A stretch of DNA of 61,383 bases from Candidatus Magasanikbacteria bacterium UBA922 (GTDB lineage Bacteria > Patescibacteriota > Patescibacteriia > Magasanikbacterales > UBA922): positions 1 to 61,383 of the forward strand of contig DBDW01000003.1 in assembly GCA_002293825.1 (NCBI GenBank), given 5' to 3'. The notes under the pieces were generated by a model. It was not told where the DNA came from. It made no database searches and saw nothing but the letters and a program-made list of their open reading frames with translations. Numbering within the stretch: the first letter of the stretch is position 1; every line of letters starts with the position of its first letter. Shown here piece after piece: positions 26,812 to 36,531 of this stretch. The position numbers and the translations under genes are program-made.

Positions 26812-26820
26812 TGATATACT
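26812..26820 (+). promoter_or_regulatory. Extended -10 promoter candidate (TGaTATACT) bracketed by a 7-bp inverted repeat
   Basis: TGATATACT at 26812-26820. The repeat is TGGGTTA (26801-26807) / TAACCCA (26820-26826). Confidence 0.35.
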
Positions 26821-26840
26821 ATAACCCAACTACTATTACT

Positions 26841-28202
26841 ATGGCAATTACACGAAAAAAATATAAGAATGCATATATTGTGACCGTCGACATGGGGTAT
26901 GGTCATCAGCGAGCAGTGTATCCACTGAATGATATTGCTGCTTCTCCGGATGGATGGCAGGAGGCTACGGTAGTAACGGCAAACACCTACGCAGGAATTC
27001 CAAAGAGTGATCGGCTCAAATGGGAAGGAAGTAGGAAATTGTATGAAACCGTATCTCGATTGAAAAAAATACCTTTAATTGGGCCACTTTCTTTTTCAAT
27101 CATGGATTACATTCAACGAATCGATCCGTTTTATCCTAAACGTGACCTATCTCGTCCCATTTTACAAGTAAAACAAATTTATCGGATGATTGATAAGGGG
27201 TGGGGTAAGCATCTTATTGATACACTTAATCAGAAACCATTGCCATTACTTACATCTTTTTTTGCTGTTGCATTTTTTGCAGAGGAGCATGGATATACTG
27301 GAGATATTTATTGTCTATGTACTGATACGGATATTAGCCGTGCGTGGGCACCGCTCAATCCTCGTACTACGAGAATCAAGTATTGTGCGCCGAATAAGCG
27401 AGTAAAGCAACGACTTGAGCTGTATGGGATCCCGAGCAAACAAATATATGTAACTGGATTTCCATTACCCAAAGAAAATACAGGTTCTGTTGATCTTGAG
27501 ATACTTCGACAATCTTTGGGGTGTCGTATTGCGAATCTGGATCCACATTTTCGTTATCAAAAGAAATATCGTGCAATGATTGAAGAGTATTTGGGCGTGA
27601 AGTATTGTGATATTCGAAATGCACACCCGCTTACGATTACCTTTGCTGTCGGGGGTGCAGGAGCACAGCGAGATATTGGAATTACGATTCTCGAAAGTCT
27701 GCATGATCATATTGATGCGGGGAAGGTACGACTCAATCTCGTGGCAGGTTCTCGTAATGATGTATATTCGTACTATGAAGATAAGGTGAAAGAATTGCAT
27801 GTGGATGCGCATCATACTGGCAAGGTGAATATTATTTATGCTGCGAATAAGATGGAATATTTTCGAAAGTTCAATGAAGCTTTATTGACTACTGATATTT
27901 TGTGGACCAAACCTTCTGAGCTTTCGTTTTATGCTGGTTTGGGTCTGCCTATTATTATCGCTCCTTCTATTGGTTCCCAAGAAGACTATAATCGTGCGTG
28001 GCTTCATGCGATCGGAGCAGGATTTGAGCAAGAAGATCCTCGATACACGCATCAGTGGTTATTTGATTGGCTTGAGTCAGGGTGGCTTGCAGAAGCTGCG
28101 ATGAGTGGGTTCCTTCATGCTCCAAAGAGTGGAACGCACCATATTGAAGAGGTGTTGCTCAAAGGTAAACGAAGTGAAATAGAAGATGTACACTTACTTT
28201 AA
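26841..28202 (+). CDS. GT-B fold glycosyltransferase-like protein (MGDG synthase/MurG-related)
   Basis: N-terminus is VDMGYGHQRA. The C-terminal half (FAVGGAGAQ ... TKPSELSFYAGLGLPIIIAPSIGSQEDYN) resembles the GT28 donor-binding region. The ATG at 26841 is preferred over 26811. Confidence 0.5.
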   Translation: MAITRKKYKNAYIVTVDMGYGHQRAVYPLNDIAASPDGWQEATVVTANTYAGIPKSDRLKWEGSRKLYETVSRLKKIPLIGPLSFSIMDYIQRIDPFYPKRDLSRPILQVKQIYRMIDKGWGKHLIDTLNQKPLPLLTSFFAVAFFAEEHGYTGDIYCLCTDTDISRAWAPLNPRTTRIKYCAPNKRVKQRLELYGIPSKQIYVTGFPLPKENTGSVDLEILRQSLGCRIANLDPHFRYQKKYRAMIEEYLGVKYCDIRNAHPLTITFAVGGAGAQRDIGITILESLHDHIDAGKVRLNLVAGSRNDVYSYYEDKVKELHVDAHHTGKVNIIYAANKMEYFRKFNEALLTTDILWTKPSELSFYAGLGLPIIIAPSIGSQEDYNRAWLHAIGAGFEQEDPRYTHQWLFDWLESGWLAEAAMSGFLHAPKSGTHHIEEVLLKGKRSEIEDVHLL

Positions 28203-28205
28203 GAT

Positions 28206-29126
28206 ATGACGTGGCTTGTTATTGCTCTCATTGGGTATGCATTGTTAGCTCTCACTTTTATTCTCGATAAGTATATTTTGTCGTCGACCACGATTGCTCG
28301 TCCGAGTGTGTATGCGTTTTATTCGACGATTATTTTATGGCCCGCGTTGTTACTCCTCCTCGTGTTTCCAGAAGCATTTTCATTGATGCATATTGGAATT
28401 AGTCTTTTGTCTGGCGTTGCCTTTGGGCTCGGATTATTGACCTTGTATATCGCCCTCAAAGGGACTGAGGCTTCGCATGTGACACCGCTTAATGGGGTAG
28501 TAGTTATTTTTACTACGTATGTTCTTTCATATACATTTTTAGCAGAGCAATTGTCACGTGCTCAGTTTTTTGGAATTTTACTTTTTAGTATCGCGTCTAT
28601 TGTGTTGTCGTATCAGGAAACTCGAGGAAAGAGTGGGTATTCTACGGTATATTGGTGGGCAGTGATTTCTGGGATTTTTTTTGGAGTGTCACATGTTACT
28701 GCAAAGTATATTTATATGTTCCATGAATTTATTCCGGCATTTGCGTGGACGCGAGCGGGTGCAGGGATCGTAGGGTTGGCTTTATTACTGTATCCTCCGG
28801 TATGGCACGAGCTACGTCTTCGTTTTACTGTACGTAAAAAAACAAAAAAGAAAGCCCATACAAAACTTACCTCTCTCGTGTTGGTGTGGGTGACCAAACT
28901 ATGCGGAGTGTTGGCGGTAGTAGCGATACAATATGCTGCAGCATTGGGATCAGTATCTGTGGTACAGGCGATGAGTGGGTTACAGTATGCGTTAATGTTT
29001 ATAGGGGTATATGTCTTGAGTACATGGTTTCCACGAGTATTTCGTGAATATTTTACTCGACGTGAAATTATAATGCAGAGTATTGGTATTATATTAGTTA
29101 TTATTGGATCACTATTTTTTGTATAG
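28206..29126 (+). CDS. DMT superfamily (EamA-like) transporter, 10 TM
   Basis: 306 aa made of two 5-TM halves. Adjacent to glycosyltransferase genes. Confidence 0.55.
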   Translation: MTWLVIALIGYALLALTFILDKYILSSTTIARPSVYAFYSTIILWPALLLLLVFPEAFSLMHIGISLLSGVAFGLGLLTLYIALKGTEASHVTPLNGVVVIFTTYVLSYTFLAEQLSRAQFFGILLFSIASIVLSYQETRGKSGYSTVYWWAVISGIFFGVSHVTAKYIYMFHEFIPAFAWTRAGAGIVGLALLLYPPVWHELRLRFTVRKKTKKKAHTKLTSLVLVWVTKLCGVLAVVAIQYAAALGSVSVVQAMSGLQYALMFIGVYVLSTWFPRVFREYFTRREIIMQSIGIILVIIGSLFFV

Positions 29127-29130
29127 GCTT

Positions 29131-30135
29131 ATGCGTATGAGTTGGTTTGGTCTCCTGATTGGTTTATTAGTATTAGCATATGGTGGCTTGTGGTGGTATG
29201 GTAGGTCTACGCATCCACTCTCGTATGGAATTAGTTTTAGCTCATCGTATGCAGCGTGGTTACATATTGATTGGAAAAATATATATACAGAGATGTTGCA
29301 GGATTTGCAGCCAGCGTTTATTCGTATTTCAGCTGATTGGGATGAGGTCGAGAAAGAGGAAGGCGTGTATGATTTTTCTTCAGTCGATTTTATGATGGAT
29401 ACTGCACAAGCGTATGGTACGCAGGTAGTACTCGTTTTTGGACAAAAAACTCCGCGGTGGCCAGAGTGTCATATTCCGAAATGGGCAACATCATATGGAG
29501 AAGAGGAGTACCGTACTCGTTTTTTTGCGTATGTTGAGACCGTTGTGAATCGATATCGTGCACACCCTGCACTTGAATATTGGCAAGTAGAAAATGAGCC
29601 TTTTATTACGTTTGAATTTGGTGAGTGCGCACATTTTCGTCCTCATTTTTTTGACCAGGAACTTGCTGTGGTGCGAAAACTTGACACCGAGCACCCTGTC
29701 GTCGTGACTGATAGTGGCGAACTTTCTCTTTGGAGAAAGGCTGCTCAGGCAGGAGATGTGTTTGGTACTACCATGTATCGTGTAATTCGTACTCCAGGTG
29801 GTCGGGTGCTTACTTATGACTGGCTTCCAATGGGTTGGTATCGCTTTCGCGCCATGTTATGGGGTGTGCCTCATGATAAGTTTTTTATTTCTGAATTACA
29901 GGCTGAGCCATGGGTACATACAGGAGGTATTCCCGCATCCTCAGTTGAGGAACAGATGAAAACAATGGATATTGAGCGAATGAAAAAGAATCTTGAAGAT
30001 GCACGACATAGCGGTGCTTCTCGGGCATATGTTTGGGGGGTTGAATGGTGGTATTGGATGAAGTATGAACAGGGAAATGTATCGTTTATTGACACTGCAC
30101 GAGCGTATGTTCAGAAAAATTCTGAACAACAATAG
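29131..30135 (+). CDS. Membrane-anchored clan GH-A-like glycoside hydrolase
   Basis: N-terminal TM. WQVENEPF is a candidate acid/base NEP motif and ISELQAEPW a candidate nucleophile Glu. The track TTG start at 29104 overlaps the upstream gene. Confidence 0.5.
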   Translation: MRMSWFGLLIGLLVLAYGGLWWYGRSTHPLSYGISFSSSYAAWLHIDWKNIYTEMLQDLQPAFIRISADWDEVEKEEGVYDFSSVDFMMDTAQAYGTQVVLVFGQKTPRWPECHIPKWATSYGEEEYRTRFFAYVETVVNRYRAHPALEYWQVENEPFITFEFGECAHFRPHFFDQELAVVRKLDTEHPVVVTDSGELSLWRKAAQAGDVFGTTMYRVIRTPGGRVLTYDWLPMGWYRFRAMLWGVPHDKFFISELQAEPWVHTGGIPASSVEEQMKTMDIERMKKNLEDARHSGASRAYVWGVEWWYWMKYEQGNVSFIDTARAYVQKNSEQQ

Positions 30136-30176
30136 TAATGAAAATTTTAGATTAGGTGTTTAATTATCATCGGTGT

Positions 30177-31370
30177 ATGCAGGGAATAGGGTCAACAAAA
30201 AGTCGAGCACGTGAAGAATTGGTGCAGGTGCGGGGCATATTTCAGAGACGTATCACATTGATGCAGGGAATTGCGCTGATTGTAAGTAGTACGATTGGTG
30301 CGGGTATATTGAGCTTACCCTATGCGATTTCAAAATCAGGTGCGCTGATTGGGTTTATGTATATTTGTGTGCTCGGACTTCTCATGATTACGCTCAATCT
30401 TATGTTAGGACAGATGGTATCTGTACAACCACATCCATTGCAAATTACAGGTCTGGCGAATAAGTATTTGGGTAAGGTTGGGGGCATATTTATGACGTGT
30501 ATTCTTTATACCATGTTTACGGGTGTGTTATTGGTGTATTTGATTGGTGAAGGAGAGTCATTATCTTCATTATTAGGTGGTAACCCATTCTATTGGACGT
30601 GTGGTTTTTTTGTACTTGCACTTATATTTCTTTCGAGTGGCATGCGATTGATCAAACGAATTGAGTCAGTATTGGTTATTGGTGTATTGATGGTCGTTTT
30701 TTTGATTGTACTTGCGAGCGCTCCTCATGCTCAGGTTTCCAATTTATTATCATATGATTTTGCCCAGTTACTTTTTCCATATGGAATTATCCTGTTTGCA
30801 TTTCATGGTACGAGTGCGATGCCCGAGGTGTATTCAATTATGAAAAAAGAAAATGGTTCATTTAAAACTGCAATTGTTTCGTCTGGGGTTATCGCGATTT
30901 TGGTTTACGCTGCATTTGCACTCATGTCGGTAGCTGTCATGGGTGTGGAGACGACCGAGCTTGCTACCACGGGACTTGAACATTTTGTAGGTCGTCAAGC
31001 ATTTGTGTTTGGAAATATTTTTGCTTTTCTTGCAATGGGGATGAGTTTTCTTATTACTGGGCTTTCTTTTCGTGATTCTTTGGTATGGGATCATCATATT
31101 CCTGAATGGATGGCGACTATTGGAGTTTGTGTGGTCCCATTTTTGTTATTTTGTTTTGGGCTTCGAAGTTTTGCAGGTGTGATTGATATTGTTGGTGGTG
31201 TGCTGGTGAGTCTGGAAACTTTATTGATTGTTGCAATGTATTGGCGAGCATATCGGAGTGGTGATTTGAATCATCATACCTATCAGCTGAGGTTTATTGG
31301 GTATATTATTATTCCATTGGTTATTGCACTTGGAATTGGGGCAGTGTATAGTGTGGTGAAGTTATTTTGA
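30177..31370 (+). CDS. Amino acid permease (aromatic/AAAP-like family)
   Basis: 11 TMs. N-terminal motif is ALIVSSTIGAGILSLPYAISKSG. Confidence 0.6.
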   Translation: MQGIGSTKSRAREELVQVRGIFQRRITLMQGIALIVSSTIGAGILSLPYAISKSGALIGFMYICVLGLLMITLNLMLGQMVSVQPHPLQITGLANKYLGKVGGIFMTCILYTMFTGVLLVYLIGEGESLSSLLGGNPFYWTCGFFVLALIFLSSGMRLIKRIESVLVIGVLMVVFLIVLASAPHAQVSNLLSYDFAQLLFPYGIILFAFHGTSAMPEVYSIMKKENGSFKTAIVSSGVIAILVYAAFALMSVAVMGVETTELATTGLEHFVGRQAFVFGNIFAFLAMGMSFLITGLSFRDSLVWDHHIPEWMATIGVCVVPFLLFCFGLRSFAGVIDIVGGVLVSLETLLIVAMYWRAYRSGDLNHHTYQLRFIGYIIIPLVIALGIGAVYSVVKLF

Positions 31371-31380
31371 TGGTATCTAT

Positions 31381-32187
31381 ATGTCTATTGTTCAAGCGTT
31401 GGTTCTGGGGGTGGTGCAGGGAATTTCTGAATTTCTTCCTATTTCTTCATCAGGACATCTGATTTTGGTACCCGTCTTGTTTGGTTGGGATGTGCAGAGT
31501 CAGTTATTTGATATTATGGTGCATGTAGCGACGTTGGTCGCGGTGGTGATTTTTTTTCGCACCAAGCTTGTACGTATTCTAAAAGCACTTATTCAGTATC
31601 GTACGTCGTCACCTGATCGTACGCTTGGTATTGCTCTTATTGTCGCTACAGTTCCGGCAGCGTGTATTGGGTTTTTTTTCGGGGATGTGATTGAAAATGC
31701 AGTACGATTGCCTGTGTATGTGGCACTGAGTTTGATTATCGGTGCGATCGTATTGTGGAGTGCCGATCGATATCACGTGACACGGGTAGCCACTCCATAT
31801 GAGGTAAAGGATATGAAAATTTCTCATGCCCTCGTGGTAGGGATTGCCCAGGTAATCGCATTTATTCCGGGTATGAGTCGTTCGGGAATGACGATAGCTG
31901 CAGGATTATTTCAGAAGTTTTCCAGGACAGCTGCTGCGGAATTTTCATTTTTGATGAGTATTCCTGTGATCGCGCTTGCCGGAGCATCGGCAGTTCGTGA
32001 GCTTGTTCGTAGTGGGGTGGGCGAAACATTGTCTCTGAGTGTGCTTGTGGTAGGGTTTGTATCAGCTGCACTTTCGGGACTATTATCCATTTGGCTCACT
32101 CTCGCGATTGTTAAAAAGTTGAGTTTTGCTCCCTTTGTAGTTTACCGTATTATTATTGGCAGTGTGATTTTGTATCTATTTGTATAG
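31381..32187 (+). CDS. uppP: Undecaprenyl-diphosphate phosphatase
   Basis: GISEFLPISSSGHL and PGMSRSG motifs; 268 aa, 8 TMs. Confidence 0.9.
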   Translation: MSIVQALVLGVVQGISEFLPISSSGHLILVPVLFGWDVQSQLFDIMVHVATLVAVVIFFRTKLVRILKALIQYRTSSPDRTLGIALIVATVPAACIGFFFGDVIENAVRLPVYVALSLIIGAIVLWSADRYHVTRVATPYEVKDMKISHALVVGIAQVIAFIPGMSRSGMTIAAGLFQKFSRTAAAEFSFLMSIPVIALAGASAVRELVRSGVGETLSLSVLVVGFVSAALSGLLSIWLTLAIVKKLSFAPFVVYRIIIGSVILYLFV

Positions 32188-32188
32188 C

Positions 32189-32217
32189 TTGACCGATCGG
32201 CATCTATTTGGTATGAT
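32189..32217 (+). promoter_or_regulatory. Promoter candidate TTGACC-17-TATGAT
   Basis: Hexamers at 32189-32194 and 32212-32217, immediately upstream of a terminator-like hairpin. Confidence 0.4.
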
Positions 32218-32245
32218 AAGTATGAAAAAACATACTTATTTTTTG
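32218..32245 (+). terminator. Hairpin + T-run between uppP and the AbrB-like gene (terminator or leader attenuator)
   Basis: AAGTATG-AAAAAA-CATACTT followed by ATTTTTT. It ends 1 nt before the ATG at 32247. Confidence 0.5.
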
Positions 32246-32246
32246 T

Positions 32247-32474
32247 ATGAAAAAAAAGACTACTCTTGATATGTGTGCGTTTCATGGCACCGCTTCGGTG
32301 GGTGAACGTGGCCAGATTGTAATTCCCAAAAAAGCTCGTGCAAAATTGGGCATTCAAAAAGGCGACGATTTTTTGGTAATTGAAAAAGAATCGATGATTT
32401 TACTGGTTCCGACCGATGTTGCAGAGACGATGCTTCACACACTTACAACTACACTTAAAAAAATACAAAATTAA
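32247..32474 (+). CDS. AbrB/MazE/SpoVT family DNA-binding protein
   Basis: GERGQIVIPKKARAKLGIQKGDDFLVIEK is a swapped-hairpin barrel motif. 75 aa. Confidence 0.7.
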   Translation: MKKKTTLDMCAFHGTASVGERGQIVIPKKARAKLGIQKGDDFLVIEKESMILLVPTDVAETMLHTLTTTLKKIQN

Positions 32475-32489
32475 TTTCTTATACGTTTT

Positions 32490-34145
32490 ATGACTACTCC
32501 GTCAGCTGGGCTTCCGTTACAGAAAAAATGGTACAAAAAAAAGTGGATTTATATTATTTTCATTCTTGTTTTTGTGATTGGTGGAACGGTGTTTACGCAA
32601 TCTCGAAATACACAACAGCAACCACTATATGATACGGTGCGTGTAGAAAGAGGTGAGCTTACTCAGACGGTGGATGCTACTGGTAATATTCGTTCAGCAG
32701 ATGAGCTTGATCTTAGATTTGAGTCTGCAGGAAAGATTGCAAAAGTATATGTGACTACGAATCAGGAGGTTCGTGCAGGGACGGTATTGGCTGATCTTGA
32801 TTTGAGTGAGCTTAATGCGCGAATTGGGCAGGCTTCTGCGAGCGTGGGACAATCACAGGCAGTGCTTGAACAGATCAAAGTTTCTGGAAATGACGCGATT
32901 GCAAATGCAGAAGCTGCACTTCAAAAAGCTGAATTGAATTTGAAATTATCTGAGGGTGGAAGTGATAGTCAGATTATTCGTGATGCATACGCAGATGCTG
33001 TGGGACTTTTGATACAAACACAGACGTCAATTGCACAGGCGCTTACGCAGGCAGATAATATTCTTGGTATAGATAATTCATTTGCAAATGATTTATTTGA
33101 GGATGAGTTGGCGGTTCATAATATTGGACTGTTGTCTACTGCAGAGAGTCAATATGGGGTGGCGAGTGCTGATATGCGTACGTTTGATCAGCGTGTTAAT
33201 ACACTGTCTCTTCAATCATCACATAGTGACATAGATTCAGCGCTTTCAGTGGCTGAACGTGCGCTTACCTCTAGCCGATCATTATTATATAGTGTTGCGG
33301 AAGTGCTCAATGCTTCTCCGGTGGTAGGTGATCTGACACAGACACTTCTCGATGGATTCAAGTCTACTATTTCTGCAGAAAGAGCATCTCTCAGTACTCG
33401 ATTTTCTGCACTGATTACTCAACGACAGTCAATTCAGAATGCAAAAAATAGTTATACTACTAATCGAGTATTGTTTGAGCAGGCAGAGCAAAATCTTCGA
33501 AATGTAAAAGAAAAAGTTGCTGCAGATATCGCAGCGTATGAAGCGTCGCTTCGTGGATCTCAAGCATCGGTCGGCGCTGCGGTTGCTACACGAAATCGTT
33601 CACGTATCATTGCTCCTATCTCGGGAACCGTTGCCAAAGTTGCGTTTAAGGCTGGTGAATTTGTAAGTTCACAAGATGCAGTGGTGAAATTAGTAAGTCC
33701 TCGATTTGAAGTAAAAGTGGATATTCCTGAAACGGATATTGTGAAGATTGTGACAGGTGTCTCGACAACGGTCACTCTCGATGCATATGGAAGTGAAGTT
33801 AAATTCAATGGCGTGGTGACTGAAATTGAAACAGGTGAAACGATCATACAGGATGTAGTGTATTATACTGTTACCGTAGTGATTGAAGAGAAAGATGGAT
33901 ATGAAATTTTGAATGGAATGACGGCTGATGTGGTATTTTATACTGAGAAAAAAGAAAATACATTATTTATTCCACAGCGTGCGTTGCGCACAGAAGATAC
34001 CCGTAGATTTGTACGTGTACTTGAAGGTCTTGAAATTCGGGAAGTAGATGTCGAGACTGGTCTTCGTGGAGACGGTGGTATGATTGAGATTCTCTCTGGA
34101 TTGGTTGAGGGTGATGAAGTGATAGTACGTGAGCGGGCTGAATAA
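32490..34145 (+). CDS. Efflux transporter periplasmic adaptor (HlyD/MacA-like membrane fusion protein)
   Basis: N-terminal TM, a lipoyl-like motif (GKIAKVYVTTNQEVRAGTVLADLD ... APISGTVAKVAFKAGEFV), a long coiled-coil insert and a C-terminal beta-barrel. Confidence 0.8.
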   Translation: MTTPSAGLPLQKKWYKKKWIYIIFILVFVIGGTVFTQSRNTQQQPLYDTVRVERGELTQTVDATGNIRSADELDLRFESAGKIAKVYVTTNQEVRAGTVLADLDLSELNARIGQASASVGQSQAVLEQIKVSGNDAIANAEAALQKAELNLKLSEGGSDSQIIRDAYADAVGLLIQTQTSIAQALTQADNILGIDNSFANDLFEDELAVHNIGLLSTAESQYGVASADMRTFDQRVNTLSLQSSHSDIDSALSVAERALTSSRSLLYSVAEVLNASPVVGDLTQTLLDGFKSTISAERASLSTRFSALITQRQSIQNAKNSYTTNRVLFEQAEQNLRNVKEKVAADIAAYEASLRGSQASVGAAVATRNRSRIIAPISGTVAKVAFKAGEFVSSQDAVVKLVSPRFEVKVDIPETDIVKIVTGVSTTVTLDAYGSEVKFNGVVTEIETGETIIQDVVYYTVTVVIEEKDGYEILNGMTADVVFYTEKKENTLFIPQRALRTEDTRRFVRVLEGLEIREVDVETGLRGDGGMIEILSGLVEGDEVIVRERAE

Positions 34146-34257
34146 GTGTATCTGCATATTTTGTGATTTTTTGTTGATGATATGGAGCATGCTTAAAAGA
34201 CTGTGGAAGTGAGTTTTTTTATGATGCAATCTCCTTGCTTTCGGACCAATTTATTAT

Positions 34258-35745
34258 ATGTTTGATCTTGGGAAAATTTACACGGTGATTGGAGGAATTG
34301 CCGAAGAGCGGGGAATTCGTGCGTATGCTGTGGGTGGTTTTGTACGTGATCTTTTGATGCGTCGTGAATCAGTGAAAGATCTTGATGTGGTCGTAGAAGG
34401 AAGTGGGATTGAATTTGCACGATGGTTTGATGAGAAGGTGGAAGCTGAAGGGAGTTTGGTAGAATTTTCTGATTTTGATACTGCGCGGTATGTGTATACG
34501 ACTGAGGATGAAGAGGGTCATAAGCACACTGTTTTCGAGCTTGAATTTGCAGGAGCACGGAGTGAGATATATGATGAACTTTCTCGTAAGCCAAAAGTTT
34601 CAACCACTACTCTTCATGAAGATTTAACGCGACGTGATTTTACTGTAAATGCGATTGCACTTCCTATTGGAGTCAATGGATTGGGAAGTGAGGTAGTCGA
34701 TCCTTTTGATGGGGCTATTGATATCGAGAAGAAGATTTTGCGTACTCCACTTGATCCAGATATTACCTTTTCTGAAGATCCCCTTCGTATGATGCGGGCG
34801 GCCCGTTTTGCTTCTCAGCTTGGTTTTACGATTGAACATCATACCTATGATGCGATTGCTCGGAATCGGTCACGATTGAAGATTGTCTCAAAAGAACGTA
34901 TTTGTGAAGAATTTTTCAAACTTCTTGCAACACCTGTCCCCTCGGTGGGCTTGTATATTCTCTATAACACAGGACTTATCAATGAATTTTTGCCTGAAGT
35001 AAGTGAATTGAATGGTGTCGAGGAATTGTATGGACATCAACATAAAAATAATTTGGTGCATACGTTCAAAGTGGTTGATAATATCGCTGAGCGAACTGAT
35101 AATGTGTTATTGCGTTTTGCTGCTTTGATGCATGATATTGGAAAACCAGGAACCAAATCGTTTGTACCTGGTCGTGGGTGGGCATTTGATATGCATGAAC
35201 ATTTGGGAAAAAAAATTGTACGTGATGTGGGGCGCAGGCTTCGTATGAGTCGTGATGATATCGAGTATGTGGCGTTGCTTGTTCGCTGGCATCAACAGCC
35301 TATTTCTTTGATGGATGAGGGGGTTACCGATAGTCCGGTACGTCGTCTTATTGTAAATTTGGAAGATCATCTTCAGGATTTACTTACTCTTTGTCGGAGT
35401 GATATCACCACTGGGAATCCGTATAAACTCAAGAAGCGTCTGAAGAATTATGATTATCTTGAGAAACGAATTGCAGAGGTGATTGAAAAGGATAAACTTC
35501 GTGCGTTTCAATCTCCGGTTCGAGGAGAAGAAATAATGGAGCGTACCGGTTTGCGAGCTGGTCCCACTGTGGGAAAGATCAAGAAACGGATCGAAGATGC
35601 TATCCTTGATGGAGAAATTCCACATGACTATGATGCTGCACGTGTATATTTTGACACGATAAAAGATGAGTATTTGCGTAATGCTGAAGAATGGGAACGG
35701 GGTGAGACGGAACTTAAAATTCAAAATTCAAAACCCAATGTGTAA
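34258..35745 (+). CDS. cca: CCA-adding tRNA nucleotidyltransferase with HD domain
   Basis: GGFVRDLLM..DLDVVVEG, RRDFTVNA and HDIGKP motifs. Confidence 0.85.
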   Translation: MFDLGKIYTVIGGIAEERGIRAYAVGGFVRDLLMRRESVKDLDVVVEGSGIEFARWFDEKVEAEGSLVEFSDFDTARYVYTTEDEEGHKHTVFELEFAGARSEIYDELSRKPKVSTTTLHEDLTRRDFTVNAIALPIGVNGLGSEVVDPFDGAIDIEKKILRTPLDPDITFSEDPLRMMRAARFASQLGFTIEHHTYDAIARNRSRLKIVSKERICEEFFKLLATPVPSVGLYILYNTGLINEFLPEVSELNGVEELYGHQHKNNLVHTFKVVDNIAERTDNVLLRFAALMHDIGKPGTKSFVPGRGWAFDMHEHLGKKIVRDVGRRLRMSRDDIEYVALLVRWHQQPISLMDEGVTDSPVRRLIVNLEDHLQDLLTLCRSDITTGNPYKLKKRLKNYDYLEKRIAEVIEKDKLRAFQSPVRGEEIMERTGLRAGPTVGKIKKRIEDAILDGEIPHDYDAARVYFDTIKDEYLRNAEEWERGETELKIQNSKPNV

Positions 35746-35783
35746 ACTAAAAATTTTAGTTACAGTTTTGAATTTTATGTTTT
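35723..35783 (+). terminator. Long AT-rich nested hairpin at the cca 3' end
   Basis: 12-bp arms AAAATTCAAAAC (35723-35734) / GTTTTGAATTTT (35765-35776) enclose ACTAAAAATTTTAGT. They are followed by ATGTTTT. Confidence 0.45.
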
Positions 35784-35802
35784 GAGCTTTGAACTTATTT
35801 GT

Positions 35803-36528
35803 ATGCCTAAACTTATTGAAGTTAAAAATTTAAAGAAGCACTATCAAAACGAAGAGGTGATTACACATATTCTACATGGTGTCACGTTTGATATTGATAA
35901 AGGTGAATTTGTCTCTATCATGGGACCGTCGGGTTCAGGAAAATCCACCTTGATGCATATTTTGGGTTTTCTTGATACCTTGTCGGAAGGCTCTTTTTTC
36001 TTTGAAGGTGTGGATGTAGGTATGCTGTCTGGTGATCAATTGGCGTATATGCGTGGTAGAAAGATTGGGTTTGTTTTTCAGGCATTCAATTTGCTCAATC
36101 GCTCGACTACACTTGAAAATGTCATGCTTCCACTTCTGTATACTGATGTACCTAAAAAAGAACGTATTCAGCGTGCTACTGAATTGCTCGAACGAGTAGG
36201 GCTTGGTCATCGTCTCAATTATACTCCAGGCAAGCTTTCTGGAGGAGAAAAACAACGTGTAGCAATTGCACGTGCACTTGTGAATAATCCTGAAGTTATA
36301 TTTGCTGATGAGCCTACAGGAAATCTTGATTCAAAATCTGGTCAGCAAGTCATGAAAATCTTACAAGAATTGAATGATGCAGGTCATAGTATTATTTTGG
36401 TTACTCACGAGAAATACACTGCTGAGCATGCAAAACGTATTATTCGATTAAAAGATGGTTTGATTGAATCTGATCGTGTGGTTGCACAGCGACAACGTGC
36501 AGTCGAGGGTAATGATCTCATGAAGTAA
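35803..36528 (+). CDS. ABC transporter ATP-binding protein (MacB-type)
   Basis: [36 protein letters not shown] and VTHE motifs. Confidence 0.9.
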   Translation: MPKLIEVKNLKKHYQNEEVITHILHGVTFDIDKGEFVSIMGPSGSGKSTLMHILGFLDTLSEGSFFFEGVDVGMLSGDQLAYMRGRKIGFVFQAFNLLNRSTTLENVMLPLLYTDVPKKERIQRATELLERVGLGHRLNYTPGKLSGGEKQRVAIARALVNNPEVIFADEPTGNLDSKSGQQVMKILQELNDAGHSIILVTHEKYTAEHAKRIIRLKDGLIESDRVVAQRQRAVEGNDLMK

Positions 36529-36531
36529 TGT

